Origin: Dehalococcoidia bacterium
Lineage (GTDB): Bacteria > Chloroflexota > Dehalococcoidia > Plut-88900
Length of the DNA stretch: 64,000 bases
Direction: 5' to 3'
Assembly (NCBI GenBank): GCA_965197645.1
Contig: OZ240219.1
Span: 3,008,001 to 3,072,000, forward strand
Made by a program: the position numbers and the translations under genes. The notes under the pieces are model-generated. The model was not told the origin of the DNA and did not search any database. It saw only the letters and a list, made by a program, of their open reading frames with translations. Of the stretch, positions 13,701 to 24,471 are shown in pieces (position 1 is the stretch's first letter; each line of letters begins with the position of its first letter).

Positions 13701-13853
13701 TGGACGTTGCGGGAGAACGTCCGAGCAAACCTCCGCCGGTCAGTTCGCCGCATCCTGCGCAAGCACGGCTACCCACCCGACAAGCAGGAGAAAGCGACAA
13801 AGACCGTCTTGGAACAGGCGGAGGTCCTGTCAGAAGGCTGGGCAGTTGCCTGA
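10710..13853 (+). CDS. hsdR: Type I R-M restriction subunit R
   Basis: [19 protein letters not shown] nuclease motif, WHTQGSGKS Walker [14 protein letters not shown]. Confidence 0.97.
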   Translation: MTTLTEADVEQVALDWLQGLAWTVARGPDIAPGTPGAERDDYGQVVLERRLRDALADLNPTLPTDALDDAYRKLTRPQGSSLEARNSAFHRMLGNGVDIEYRDSDGRVRGDQVRVINFENPASNDWLAVNQFSVTEDSHTRRPDVVLFVNGLPLGIIELKNPADEDATIWTAWQQLQTYKAELPTLFSMNEALVVSDGTEARIGTLTAGREWFKPWRTVTGETLADPHVTELQVMLEGAFEPGRFLALVRDFVVFEDDGGGALVKKMAGYHQFHAVRVAVDETLRAAMLQRAETRAAEEKGHYESGRKPGGEPGDHRIGVVWHTQGSGKSLTMAFYAGAIIREQAMENPTIVVLTDRNDLDDQLFSTFSRCQDLLRQPPTQAENRADLRSKLSVNAGGVVFTTIQKFFPEEKGDTHPTLSERRNIVVIADEAHRSQYDFIDGFARHMRDALPNASFVGFTGTPIELQDANTRAVFGDYISIYDIQRSVDDGATVPIYYESRLAKLALDQNQRPNIDPDFDEATEGEEVERKEKLKTKWAQLEAIVGSEERVKQIAEDIVTHFGQRTEVLKGKAMVVCMSRRICIDLYQELVRLRPDWHDNDDAKGAMKVVMTGSASDPLDWQPHFRNKSRREELAQRFRDPVDPLKVVLVRDMWLTGFDAPSLHTMYVDKPMRGHGLMQAIARVNRVFKDKPGGLVVDYLGLAQDLKQALATYTESGGKGRTALDQDEAVAVMLEKYDVCCALLHGFDWSLWTTGNAQDRLGLLPPAQEHILSQEDGKERCMKAVRELSQAFALAVPHPETTRIRDDVGFFQAVRAALSKRATAEARPEEELDLAVRQIISQSVASEGVMNIFAAAGLDKPDISVLSDEFLAEVRDMPHRNLAVELLQKLLSSEVSTRRRKNVVQARSFAEMLEQTLRRYQNRAIEAAQVIEKLIELARDMREANARGERLGLSEDELAFYDALETNDSAVQVLGDETLRDIARQLVETIRNNATIDWTLRENVRANLRRSVRRILRKHGYPPDKQEKATKTVLEQAEVLSEGWAVA

Positions 13854-14606
13854 GGCTCAATGCCGTATAACCTAACGGTTGGTACAAAGACTGGGGGCTT
13901 AGCAAACCTATGAATGGATCGCACGCTGGGAGTCCGCCGCCGGCTCGATTGCTCTAGGTGGAAACACGTCGAAACTCTGCGTAGCGTTGATTTACCACAC
14001 CTGCCTATTAGGCGGCAGGGTCGAGACCGCCTTAGGTGCGCTCTCTTTCTATATTGAGGTAAGCGATTGATCACCAACACCCACATGGAAGACCTCAGTA
14101 CGACACCTACAAGGGTTCCCCCAGACTTCCCCGAGCGGCCGGTGCTGGTGGGCGAAGGGACGCCAAAGCATGGCAGCTGACGATGGCGACTCAGGGCTAT
14201 CCACTGGACGACGCTTGGTGGTTACCAACCGCTCCGAGGGTGGCGGTGTCGAGTTGGAGTTGGTCTCCGCGACAGAGGAACACCTGGAGGACAGACTTGC
14301 TTGCATGGGCGAGAACCCGAAGGTTTCCAACGATCGCGACATCTCATTCCGCCTTCTGCGCCACCTCTCCTCGTCCGTCAGGCACCAACAAGTACCACAG
14401 TGTAGACATCGTGTCCGTCAACGTTACGAATACGGGAACCCGATTAGCACCTACATAGAGGATGGCGCGGTACGCAAATCTGTGTCCTGCTGACGTGAGT
14501 AGCGGCTGTAGACAACCCTGAGAGACAGCTGTCAGGAGGCCCTGACTTGTCCCAGCATTTCCCCTCCTGCAAACTAAGACCCAGGCTGAACCGGAACTCT
14601 CCCCAT

Positions 14607-15371
14607 TCACCGCCTGACGACTCCCTGGGGATCGGATGTCGACGCCTTCCGGTTGAGCGCCTTATCTAGGATGGAGAAGGCTTCGTGGATTCCAAGGCTC
14701 TCCTCCCGGCATTTGCAGGTCTCCTCTTGTACGAGTAATGCTTGGGCGATGAACCCGGCCATCTGCAGCAGGTAGTCGTCCTCGGAGCTTCTGAAGGTGG
14801 GTCCTCCTATGACGTTCTCCACGGGGATGTTCCTGGTCCGCTCACCCTCCTCCCACAGCTCGTACCTGCTGGGCACGGGGTTGAACATCCTCAGCCGCCG
14901 GTAAGCCCGGGTGATCATCTCCTCTTTGCCTTCATCGAAGATGAGGAAGGCGTGCCGGACCGCCGACTTTACCGAGGTGTTGACGCGGTTTAAGAGCCGG
15001 TCGAGGCTGACCTGCTCGTACCGCTGGCTCTCCAACCTTTTCAGGCAGACGTTAATGACCTCTACGCCGCCTGAGCTCCTAGCAGCATTCTCGATGCGGA
15101 GCAGCCCGCCCAGGAAAATATCTGCTCCCTGTACCGGGGTGACCAACCGGCAGATCTTCCCGTCCCGGACCAGCATCCCCTTCGCCAGCAGGTCGCAGGT
15201 GTGAAGCCCCATGTCCGTGGGAATGCCGTATCGATCTCGCAGCTCCAGCCTCCACTCCCTGATGGCTTCGAACAGGTCATCCCACCGCTCCGCGTCAACG
15301 CCCAGCGCGGATCGGACATAGTACCAGGGCCCCTCGGACTCGCTGATATAGTACAGTCTCATAACTTTCAC
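14607..15371 (-). CDS. DUF3800 family protein (RNase H-like fold), acidic motifs degenerate
   Basis: MRLYYISESEG, LHTCDL, FLIFDEGKE, FRSSEDDYLLQMAGFIA follow the DUF3800 layout (YxDES...H...D...S...QxAD). Confidence 0.7.
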   Translation of the reverse strand: MKVMRLYYISESEGPWYYVRSALGVDAERWDDLFEAIREWRLELRDRYGIPTDMGLHTCDLLAKGMLVRDGKICRLVTPVQGADIFLGGLLRIENAARSSGGVEVINVCLKRLESQRYEQVSLDRLLNRVNTSVKSAVRHAFLIFDEGKEEMITRAYRRLRMFNPVPSRYELWEEGERTRNIPVENVIGGPTFRSSEDDYLLQMAGFIAQALLVQEETCKCREESLGIHEAFSILDKALNRKASTSDPQGVVRR

Positions 15372-15375
15372 CTCC

Positions 15376-17043
15376 TTAACAGACTCTCCGTTCAGTGGCC
15401 CTCGTATCGAATATGAAGCTGGGTCCCGAGCCCTTGGCCGTATGCCACGCCGACCCCAGGGGCCCCACTTCCTCCAGCAGCCTCCTGTGGGACACGAGCA
15501 GAGGGACCCTTACTCCCGTTACGTCCATCTCCTCCCCTGCCACCCGCAGGAAGTGAGACGCCGCCAGGTCGTCGTCGAAGATGACCAGTACGGCGGGCTG
15601 AGCGCTATGATCGTCGGTGGGTTTCTGGGACGAGAAGTAGCGCAAGTAGGGAGCGAGCCGGTCGGCCATGGTCACCGGCCGTACGGCCCGGCGCTCCCAC
15701 TCGAGAAAGAAGGGCCGTTTGTCGGCGTCCCTGCACAGGACGCCGAAGGCGTCGGGGTGGATGGAGCGCAGCCCGCCCCGGTGGCGGAAGTATCTCGCCG
15801 CCCGCAGAGGAGGGTCGAGCTGAACCAGCTCCCACCCCAGGGAGCTGGCCTGGCGTGCCAGAGACGAAACGAAGGCGTGGACCGCCGCCGTGTGCTCGAC
15901 GTTCCTGAGCAGCTGGCGGCTCCTCCTGCCTGATACGTTCCGCCAGTCGAAAGGGGCCTGCGGGTCAGTGGGCGACACGCTCCACCGCTTCTTGGCCACG
16001 CCCACCGAGGTGCGGTCCCTACGGGCCAGCAGCTCCAGCCCGGCGTCGGTGAGAGCCAGACGGCGGCCGGCTGCGGGAACCCGTGCCGCCAGGCCGAACC
16101 CTGCCAAAGAGTTCAGCAGCTGGGACACCCTGGGACCCGATACGCCCAGCAGTCCACCCAGGTCGCTGGGGGTTATCCAGGGCCAGTCGTAGAGCAGGTC
16201 GAGGACGCGTTTCTCGGAGGGCTTGAGCAGGGCCGGCATCACGTGGTCCGGGAGGTCCCGCTCCGGATCCCCCGGGACCAGGTCACCGGACAGGGTTGCC
16301 CGGGCCAATGGCCGCTCCGGCGAAATAGGGTCGCCGGGACGTGCCCGGGCCAGCACCGACCGTAGGTCGATGGTCGCGCTTACCGAAGGCAGATGCCACA
16401 CCGGGTCGTCGACGCCGGCCAGGACTGCATCGCGCTCCAGCGCCAGCGCGGCTGTCACGGGAAGACCTGCCAACAGCCTGCGGGCATGTCTCAGCCGCAC
16501 CCCGTCGGGCACGAGGAAGAGGACGGCGCCGGGGAGGGTTCCCTCCCTGAGCCTCCAAAGCCGCTTGGCGAAGCCCGTCCTGTCGGAGGTGCGCCCCTGC
16601 CGGACCACTCCCACGGCCCCCCCATCGGGAAGCTCGAGGACGGCGTCCACCGGCATGGCCCTGTACCAGCACAAGCGTACGGGGTGTACGACGTCGGAGA
16701 CCGCGGATGCCAGGCGGTAGATGACGGCCACGGCGTCCAGGCGTTCCATCAGGAGGCGACGCCAGTGGGCGGAGACGGGCCGGCTGTGCAGCAGCTCTTC
16801 CAGGCCGATGCCCTCCTCCTCCGCCACCCGGAGGAGCCCAGCAGTGGTGAGGTGGAATCTTCTCGTCGGCGGGACCAGATCGGTGGCGTGGGGGACGGCG
16901 GCGACCAGCCCCCGGTCCTCCAGCCTGCGCACCGCCTCGTAGACGGCGCCCCTGGACCTTCCCAGGATGGCCGCCATGTCGAGGCGGTCGAGGAAGGGCA
17001 TCCCGGCCATGATTCGCAGCAACTGAATGTCTACGGGACTCAT
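15376..17043 (-). CDS. Replication-relaxation (Replic_Relax) family protein, tandem wHTH-nuclease units; candidate relaxase
   Basis: Two wHTH segments (LGRSRGAVYEAVRRLEDRGLV; LGVSGPRVSQLLNSLAGFGLA), EHTAAVH, IHPDAFG...FFLEWER; ATGA-coupled to virD4. Confidence 0.8.
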   Translation of the reverse strand: MSPVDIQLLRIMAGMPFLDRLDMAAILGRSRGAVYEAVRRLEDRGLVAAVPHATDLVPPTRRFHLTTAGLLRVAEEEGIGLEELLHSRPVSAHWRRLLMERLDAVAVIYRLASAVSDVVHPVRLCWYRAMPVDAVLELPDGGAVGVVRQGRTSDRTGFAKRLWRLREGTLPGAVLFLVPDGVRLRHARRLLAGLPVTAALALERDAVLAGVDDPVWHLPSVSATIDLRSVLARARPGDPISPERPLARATLSGDLVPGDPERDLPDHVMPALLKPSEKRVLDLLYDWPWITPSDLGGLLGVSGPRVSQLLNSLAGFGLAARVPAAGRRLALTDAGLELLARRDRTSVGVAKKRWSVSPTDPQAPFDWRNVSGRRSRQLLRNVEHTAAVHAFVSSLARQASSLGWELVQLDPPLRAARYFRHRGGLRSIHPDAFGVLCRDADKRPFFLEWERRAVRPVTMADRLAPYLRYFSSQKPTDDHSAQPAVLVIFDDDLAASHFLRVAGEEMDVTGVRVPLLVSHRRLLEEVGPLGSAWHTAKGSGPSFIFDTRATERRVC

Positions 17044-19651
17044 TCGCTCTGCTCCCCGTCAGGCACGCTCTCGTCGTCCCCGCCATCCCGGTCGTGCTTG
17101 CTTCGGCGCTTCCACCGCCTCAGGGGCTTGGGATCGTCGCTCTCATTCTCCGCCTGCCCCTGTCCCGGAGAGGAGTCCTCACCTTCTCCGATGGTCTCTA
17201 GATTTTTCCGGTACTGCTGCACCTTCTTCTGTGCTTCCGCGTTGGCTTCCTCTATGTCGCTGGCATCGGTGACGTATGAGGACGTTGCGGCGCGGATGCG
17301 GGCCGCCCTCTCCGGGTCTCCCCGCTCGGGCTTGCGCACCATCATGGAGAAGGCGGGCATCCGCGTCGTGCCCACCGTGGCGCGTACGTAGCAGTGGTGC
17401 ACCGGCAGCGACGTGATGTCGTCCTCGGTCACCCGGTCCCTGCCCAGCTCCCACACCAGCTGGCGGGCGTCGGACCCGGCCACCTGGAAGACGGCCAGGC
17501 AGCCCACGTTGGCCAGCAGCGTATCCCGCATGGTGCGGGAGAGGTCGTCCAGCTTGGCGAGGCTCTGGGTGGCCAGGACGAAGGAGGCGCCGAACTTCCC
17601 CAGCTCCGACAGCATCGTCTCGTAGCCCACGCCGGGCATCGACTGCATCTCGTCCACTACGACGAGAGCGCCGCGCCGCTTCTCGGGGGGAAGGCCTCCC
17701 TGCTCCCTGATCACGACGTCCACCAGGTTGAGCAACGACGCGCCCACGAGGGCGGCTACGTCCCGGCCCGCAACCCCCTGAGCGGTGGATACCAGCAGGA
17801 TGCCGCCCTCAAGGATCGTGCTGCGCAGGTCGATGGTGGAGCGGGACTGGCCCAGGATGGCCCGCGCCCGCTTGGAGGAGGCGTAGTAGGAGAGGCGGGT
17901 CTGTACCGGGGCCAGCGCCTCGGCCCGGTACTGGCGGTGCCAGCTTGCGAAGTCCCTGGCCCACCACTCCAGCAGGTAGGGGTCGTTCACCTTGGCCAGG
18001 ACCGAGTTGCGGAAGGGGTCGTTGGAGAGCAGCTTGAGGCCGTCCAGGATGGTGTGCTGCTCCTCTGCGTCGGTCGTGGGGTGCTCGTTGGCCTCGTGGA
18101 GGGTCTTGACAGTCTGCTCCAGGATCGACTGCATCCTGGGCCCCCACTGCTCCCAGAGACCCCTGGCGACCCGCACCACCGAGTCGGCGGTGCGGTCGCG
18201 GTCTGTAAATATCCTCGTATCGAGGAGGTTGATGCCGGGAGCGCCCCCCTCGCCGGCCAGGTCTATGAGGCGCACCCGGTCGATGAGGGGCTCGGGAACA
18301 TGCTCCAGCAGCCCCTCCACCAGGTCGGCGTGGGGGTCCACCACGACGATGGCGTCTCCGTCCCTGCCCGCCGCCTTCTCCTGCATCTTGTGAACGACCA
18401 GGTGGTGCATCAGGGTGGACTTGCCCATGCGGGTGCGGGCCACGTAGAGGTGGTGGCGACGCACCACGTCGCCGGAGAAGTGGACCTTCCGGGGCGCTCC
18501 CGTGGTGGTGTCCCCCACGTGGGCCCCGCCCTTCACGCTCTGCGCCGTGGGAAGGAGCACCCTTGCCCCGGAGCGGGTCACCAGGGGCGTCTCGTCCCCC
18601 GCTCCCGGCGGGTGCCACAGGGCGGCGACCTCCCGAACACCGAGGACGCTGCGCCGGCCGAATATCCCCGCTCCAGCAGGCTGCAGGGATGCGATGGGGG
18701 CAGCAACGGGGCGGACCTTCCCCACGCTGAAGCGTGCTCCTGCGGGATGGTCGTAGTGGCGGTAGGCCGTGGCCACCTGGCCCAGCAGCTCTCCGGCGCG
18801 CTGGGGCCGGCTGCCCCGGGGCAGGACGGCGACGACCTGGAGCTCGGCGTCGAAGGCGATGCGGGAGACCTTCTCCTTTATCAGCAGCGGGTCGTAGACG
18901 CGGGAGCGGGCCCTCTTCCACCGGTGCCAGGCCCAGCCCGCCGCCGCCAGTCCCAGGGCCGTCCCGGCGCCCAGCAGACCGGCCTTCCAAGTCTCTCCCG
19001 CCTGCACCCACGTGTAGCCCTTGACGGCCGCCAGGGCGCCGCTCCCAGAACGGCCATGGTTACGCCGTTGACCTGGGGAGGCCCGGTGGGGTGGGTGTAG
19101 GGGGTATCCCCTGCATCAACCACCGGACGCCGGTGGGCCCTCTCCATGTGGGACCGGGACCAGTCGGGTCCCAGGGAGCGCAGCAGCAGCCTCGCCACGA
19201 TGCGCTCTCTCTCCTTCAGGTCGGCCAGGGCGCCCAGGAGTGTGAGAAGGGGGTCGGAGCCGGGGTCCAGCAGGTCGTCGTCCCGGAAGGTGCGCAGGGG
19301 GGCGTACACGGGGCCCCGGGACCGCAGGGTCATGCTCCATGCTTGCTCCTCTTCCCCCAGAACCAATGGGTCTTCTTCCTCCGGCACCTCGCGAATGCGG
19401 GCCTGAGGGTAGTGGATCGATATCTGCTGCCTCACCACCTCGCCGTCGATGCAGCGGGCCATCAACGTCACGCCGTCGGCCTCTCCCGCCAGCTCCAGGG
19501 AGAAGGGCTCGGGGACCGCTATCGACTGGAGCAGGTTCTCCACACCCAGCAGGGTGCGCTCTCCGGTGCGCGGCGGGGTGACCGCCAGCAGCACCGGGGG
19601 TCTCTTGTTGCTGTCGTCTCCAAACAGGAGTTTCTTGGGGTTCAGCTTCAT
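17040..19651 (-). pseudogene. virD4: VirD4/TraD-like type IV coupling protein, 1-nt frameshift near 19040
   Basis: Walker A ARTRMGKST, VVDPHADL, Walker B VVDEMQ, LATQSLAKL. The N-terminal ORF (18881-19651) joins via ...VLGAA/ALAAVKGYTWVQAGE if one base is restored. Confidence 0.85.
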
Positions 19652-19723
19652 AGGGTTCAGTCCTTTCTGTACAGATGCACATGCAATGCTGGTGCATCCG
19701 TCGTTCTGCTTCTTCTCTCCGGC

Positions 19724-21952
19724 CTACCTGCGGGAGCCCGGTCTCCACTCGATCACCTCGGTCTCCTCCGGCGTGGCCTCGATGCGCACCGGGAAGCGGC
19801 CGCCCCTGGCCAGGAGCAACCAGTCCCCCCTGGGGCAGGAGAGCAGCCAGCGCTGCAGCTCCTCCGGCAGGTCGAAGGCGTCTCCCACGGTGCTTATGGC
19901 CGCGGCGTCCTGCTGCAGTAGCAGCTTGAAGGCGGCGTTCTGGAGGAGGGCACGGCCGGAGTGGCCGGTGATGGCCCGGGAGGTGTCCTCGCTGAGAAGG
20001 TCCTGGACGTCCTGGGTGATGAACTGCAGCCCCAGCCGGTGCTTCCTGGCCCTCTTGGCCATGCTCACCATGAAGGCCGCCCCCTCGGGGTGCTGCATGA
20101 TCGACCACACCTCGTCCACCACCAGCAGGCGGGGCTTGGGGTTCTGGGCCGCGGCGGCCCACACCGTCTCGGTGCAGACCATCGCCGCGGCGGGGCGCAG
20201 CTCCGGCTCCAGGAGGCGCAGGTCGAACACCGTCACCAACGCCTCTTTGCCAAGCAGGTCGTCACCCTCGTCGGAGAGGAGGTGACGCAGGCTGCCGGTG
20301 GCGAAGGGCCTCAGCAGCTTTGCCAGGTCGGGGTCTCCCGCCTCGCTCTCCTGCAGATACTTGTAGAAGTCCCTGAATCCGGTGCGGTCCCGGGGCTGGG
20401 CGTAGTAGCCCGCCAGGGCGTGGTCCAACGATGCCCTGCGCTCCGCGCCCAGGCTCCCACCAACCATCACCTCGATTAGCCGCCTCAGGCTGCCGATGCG
20501 CTGGAGGAGCTCCTCCGGGTCCCTCCCCTCGATGACGAAGGGGTTCATGCCCTGGCCCGGGACTCCCGGCGACAGCACCCTGCCGCCCGCAGCGCGGGCC
20601 ATGTCGGCGTACTCCCCCTCCGGGTCTATGACGTAGGCGGTGACTCCGCGTGTGATGCCCCGCAGCACGCCCAGCTTGGTGGCGAAGGACTTGCCCGAGC
20701 CGGAGCGGGCCAGCACCGCCGTGTTGGCGTTGAGATGGGTCCCGTCCCAGGGGTCGTATACCACCGGCGAGCAGGCCCGCAGGTCGATGCCGTAGAGGGT
20801 GCCGCTGCGGGTGTCCAGGTCGGGGGGAGAGAAGGGGAACAGCCGGGCAAGGCTGGAGGTGTCCAGGGTGCGCCACAGTGCCACGGCGTTCAGCGCCAGG
20901 GGCAGGGTGGAGAGCATCCCCTCCCGCTGCCTGAAGGCCAGCGGGTCCAGCTTGCCCAGCGCGGCGGCGAAGTGGGCCTTGGCCCGCTGGGTTATCTCCT
21001 TCAGGGATTTAGCGTCCTTGGCGTGTAATGTGATGGATAGGGAGGAGTGGAAGAGCCGCTCCCGTCCCCGCTGCACCTCGTCCCGCAGCCGGGTGACGTC
21101 CTCCAGGGCTATCTCCGCCTCGGGGGACATGGTGCGGCCCCGCTTGAAGGAGAGGGACTGGGCAGACTCGAAGCGCACCTTCTGCCACTCCAGCGTTCGG
21201 GCCGCCTGCTCCGCCGGTATGGGTCCCAGGTGGACGGACAGGTCCATGGGCGCCCCCGCCGCCATCAGGCCCTGCAGGAACCCCGGAGCCAGGGAACGGG
21301 GCCACCTCCCCAAATGCAGTGAGCGGACGAGGCTCCCGCCGATGCGCATGTCGCGGCGGTTGATCTCGACCTCGACGGGCGTCTCCTCGTCGAACTCTGC
21401 GGGCGAGCCGCCCAGGGCGGCGGCCAGGATGAGCATCCGCAGCTGGCGGCCCCCCAGGGGATGCACCGACAGACCGGCCCGCGCCAGCAGGCCCCGCAGC
21501 TCATCAACCCGCTCGAACTCGCACACTGCGTAGAAGCGCCGGTCGAGGATGCCCTCGCGGGCTTCGAGGTCGATCAACAGACGCTGAAGCGACTCCGAGG
21601 CAGCCCTGGTCTGCGGGGGCAGATCATCGGGCTGCGTTTGGGCGAGGTCATCCCGAAGGCGGTCCAGGCCGGGCGGGTGCTGGCGCACCAGCAGCTGTAC
21701 CGGGAAGTCCAGGGCGTTGAGGGCGCCGGCGAAGGCACCAATCTTGGGTTGGTCCAGCTCCAGGCCCATCACCTCGCAGATCCCCAGCTTCACCCCGTCC
21801 AGGCGCACCGGCCCATCCTCCTCCAGGTGGGAGAGCATGAAGCAGAGAGGCAGGGGCGGCAATTGCTTGGCCTCGATGCTTTCGGGATCACCCTCTTGGA
21901 GTTCCTGGACGGGGGTGACCGGGTGTTTCTTCTTTCCGAATAGTAATCTCAA
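19724..21952 (-). CDS. virB4: VirB4-like conjugation ATPase
   Basis: NTAVLARSGSGKSF, VIDPEGEY, LVVDEVW, KRARKHRLGLQFITQDVQD. Confidence 0.93.
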   Translation of the reverse strand: MRLLFGKKKHPVTPVQELQEGDPESIEAKQLPPLPLCFMLSHLEEDGPVRLDGVKLGICEVMGLELDQPKIGAFAGALNALDFPVQLLVRQHPPGLDRLRDDLAQTQPDDLPPQTRAASESLQRLLIDLEAREGILDRRFYAVCEFERVDELRGLLARAGLSVHPLGGRQLRMLILAAALGGSPAEFDEETPVEVEINRRDMRIGGSLVRSLHLGRWPRSLAPGFLQGLMAAGAPMDLSVHLGPIPAEQAARTLEWQKVRFESAQSLSFKRGRTMSPEAEIALEDVTRLRDEVQRGRERLFHSSLSITLHAKDAKSLKEITQRAKAHFAAALGKLDPLAFRQREGMLSTLPLALNAVALWRTLDTSSLARLFPFSPPDLDTRSGTLYGIDLRACSPVVYDPWDGTHLNANTAVLARSGSGKSFATKLGVLRGITRGVTAYVIDPEGEYADMARAAGGRVLSPGVPGQGMNPFVIEGRDPEELLQRIGSLRRLIEVMVGGSLGAERRASLDHALAGYYAQPRDRTGFRDFYKYLQESEAGDPDLAKLLRPFATGSLRHLLSDEGDDLLGKEALVTVFDLRLLEPELRPAAAMVCTETVWAAAAQNPKPRLLVVDEVWSIMQHPEGAAFMVSMAKRARKHRLGLQFITQDVQDLLSEDTSRAITGHSGRALLQNAAFKLLLQQDAAAISTVGDAFDLPEELQRWLLSCPRGDWLLLARGGRFPVRIEATPEETEVIEWRPGSRR

Positions 21953-21978
21953 GTTAGCGCTCTCCCTCTATTGGCTTG

Positions 21979-22290
21979 CTAGGGGATGGGGACGACGCCG
22001 CTGAGCAGGGCCAAGGCCACGCCCTTGGCCGACAGCACCAGCACCAACCCAACCACCGCGCCCACGACGGCGCTCCTGGCCCGTCCCCCGCCCCGGTCCT
22101 CTCCTCCCTCGGCCATCAGGACGAAGCCCGCCCAGACGATGGCGAAGAGGCAGAGGCCTGCGGCGGCGTAGGCCATCGCCGTCAACGCCTCGTTGACGGC
22201 CCCGAGCATCTCCTGCTCCTCGGCCGGGGCCGCGCCGGTCGAAGCCAGCGCGGCGCCGGCCACCAGCAGTAGGGTGGCAACCCGTATCAC
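21979..22290 (-). CDS. VirB2/TrbC-like pilin with signal peptide
   Basis: Signal peptide, then two hydrophobic helices around AGFVLMAEGGEDRGGGRARSAVVGAVVGLVLVL. Confidence 0.7.
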   Translation of the reverse strand: MIRVATLLLVAGAALASTGAAPAEEQEMLGAVNEALTAMAYAAAGLCLFAIVWAGFVLMAEGGEDRGGGRARSAVVGAVVGLVLVLSAKGVALALLSGVVPIP

Positions 22291-24020
22291 CTGGGTCTCC
22301 GTCCCTCGAGGGTCTCGAGGACCTCGTTAAGCTCCTCGCCGGTGAGGGGCGCCTGCTCGGCGGGGAGCGGTTCGGGCTCGGCATCGGGCAGTACCAGCCT
22401 CTCGAAGGGCTTGTCGGACCCGATGCTCGACCCCATCTCCAGAGACTCGTGCCTGGTGCGGGCGGTGGGCCATCGCTCCACCACCTCGGCCTCTATCCTC
22501 TCCGGGTGCAGGATGGTGAAGGTGACCTGCCGGTCGACCATCTCGCTGGGCACCGACAGGTGGGCGGTGATGACGTGCTCCGTGGTCGTGCCGCCGGGGT
22601 GGTCCACCGTGACCGTCTCGCTGACAGTGCGGCTCACCCCAGGGCGCAGCAGGACCACCGTCTCGGTGCGCCGCTCGGTCCACCCGGGAATACGGGTGAG
22701 CCGCACCAGCGGGGGCCTGGCAATGCTCAGTGACGCCTCCAGGTCGGCCTCGATGTTCACGACGTGGACCGCCGCGCCCACGGCGAGGTCAACCCGGAAG
22801 GTCGTGTCGCCCCCGGCAACGAACGGTACGCTGGCCTGCGACCCGCCAGCGGCGACGCTAACGCTCCCGCTAATGGCCGTGACCTGGGCATCCATCAACG
22901 CCGTCTCCATCACACTCTGGTATCCGGCCACTGTCAGGAGGTCTACGGCCTCCTCCACCACCGGTACGCAGTCGGACCGGATGGTGCCGTTGACCGTCCC
23001 CGGAGCCCAAGCCAGGGAGACAACCCGGAGACGGCACAGCTCGCCCTCGACCGAGGGCAGGGGGTGGGGCAGCTGGGCATCCTCGAGGGTGTAGGCCCCG
23101 GCCTGTGCCAGGCCGTCCACCCAGGAGAAGGTGAGGGAGGGCGTCGGACCGTGGAGGGGCAGGGAGTAGGTGGCCTCCTCCCCCTGGGCCAGCCTCGACG
23201 ACCTCCAGTAGCGCTGCTCCCGCCCGTCATCGCCGCCGTAGGCCCGCACCCGCAGGTACAGGTCGGTTGCCGCGCGAAGGGTGACCTCGGCCCGCTCTCC
23301 CGACACCTGCAGCCCCTCGATGTATATCCTCCGCCCCGGGACCGGCTCGGGCACCTCGAACTCGATCTCGTCCCGCCAGCGGTCCTGCGGTGGCCCCGGC
23401 CCCTCGCCGTGCTCGTCGGCCGTCGCAGGCTGCGGCAGCCCCAAGGTCGCCGCGGCCAGGGCGAAAGCGGCCACGACCGCCTGCCACGTCTTCGGGGACT
23501 TCTTTCGTTTATTCCTACGGGCCTCAGTCTCCTCCGCCCCGCGCCGGCGTCGCTTGCCGAACCATCCGTGGGGACGGAAGGGCCTACGCTTGTTCCCGCG
23601 CTCGTCCTCCTTCCGCCTCTTCCTGTTCTCTCCGGTGTTTCTCCCCAGGGCCCGCCTCGCCATGAGGCCGAGGGGTCCGGGGCCCGTCTTCGCCGGCTGT
23701 ACCGGCGCCGGGGGCTCGCTACGCACCAGGTCCGCCGGGGGCCCGGCGTAGCGCCGGGTCCCCAGCCAGAACCGCAGCAGGTCGGCGGCCACCAGCGGCA
23801 ACCGCCTCCCTCCTATCTTCCCAACGATCATCGCCACTCCCGCCAGGCCCTGGACCACGGCCAGCGCTATCCTGGCCTCCGCAGGACCCAGCGGGGCGTA
23901 GCGGTAGACGCCGTAGGAGAGGGCGCACACCGCCGTCAAAGCAACGATCTGGGGAAAGGTGAACCACAGCAGCACCCGGTCCTCGGCCTGCACGTGGGTG
24001 GGCACCTCGTGCTCTCTCAT
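22287..24020 (-). CDS. PrgI family membrane protein fused to a large putative exported beta-rich domain
   Basis: HEVPTHVQAEDRVLLWFTFPQI PrgI-type N-terminus with 2 TM; internal basic + hydrophobic + ATA segment. Confidence 0.75.
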   Translation of the reverse strand: MREHEVPTHVQAEDRVLLWFTFPQIVALTAVCALSYGVYRYAPLGPAEARIALAVVQGLAGVAMIVGKIGGRRLPLVAADLLRFWLGTRRYAGPPADLVRSEPPAPVQPAKTGPGPLGLMARRALGRNTGENRKRRKEDERGNKRRPFRPHGWFGKRRRRGAEETEARRNKRKKSPKTWQAVVAAFALAAATLGLPQPATADEHGEGPGPPQDRWRDEIEFEVPEPVPGRRIYIEGLQVSGERAEVTLRAATDLYLRVRAYGGDDGREQRYWRSSRLAQGEEATYSLPLHGPTPSLTFSWVDGLAQAGAYTLEDAQLPHPLPSVEGELCRLRVVSLAWAPGTVNGTIRSDCVPVVEEAVDLLTVAGYQSVMETALMDAQVTAISGSVSVAAGGSQASVPFVAGGDTTFRVDLAVGAAVHVVNIEADLEASLSIARPPLVRLTRIPGWTERRTETVVLLRPGVSRTVSETVTVDHPGGTTTEHVITAHLSVPSEMVDRQVTFTILHPERIEAEVVERWPTARTRHESLEMGSSIGSDKPFERLVLPDAEPEPLPAEQAPLTGEELNEVLETLEGRRPR

Positions 24021-24046
24021 AGGTCTTCCTCCTTCCTCGCGCCCGG

Positions 24047-24334
24047 CTACCCGTCGTCAGGTGTGGGGGTTTCAGGCTCTGGCAGCTCCACCTCCACCGC
24101 GGGGTTCACTACGGCGTTCATCACCAGCTCCACGATGCCGTAGGCCACCATCGCCAGCACGACGCCCGCGATGGCGGTCATCATCGCCGACTTGCCCTTC
24201 TCCATCTGGTGGGGAGCTCCCGACGCCGTCAGGTACATGTAGGCGCCGTAGACGAAGTAGCCCACGCCCACCGCTCCAACCACGCCCAGCAGGATCCCCA
24301 CTATGTTCGATATGGTCTGTGTCAGGTCTTCCAA
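24047..24334 (-). CDS. VirB2/TrbC-like pilin
   Basis: GVVGAVGVGYFVYGAYMYLTASGAPHQMEKGKSAMMTAIAGVVLAMVAYGIV; TTG start after GAGGA. Confidence 0.85.
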   Translation of the reverse strand: MEDLTQTISNIVGILLGVVGAVGVGYFVYGAYMYLTASGAPHQMEKGKSAMMTAIAGVVLAMVAYGIVELVMNAVVNPAVEVELPEPETPTPDDG

Positions 24335-24471
24335 CCTTTTCCTCCTCTCTGGTTTCCAGCGTTCCCGTCGTCCCTAACTCGCCGTTCAGTTGCACATCTC
24401 CCCACCTCCTCTGCATGGTGATCGGTTCAGGCCGTAGTCGAGATGTATCTCCACCGACGGCCCGATTGTCG

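Noticed and set aside
13860-14600. Short ORFs and a possible att site between hsdR and DUF3800
   Set aside because: No recognisable product, no tRNA fragment, and no matching direct repeat found elsewhere in the window
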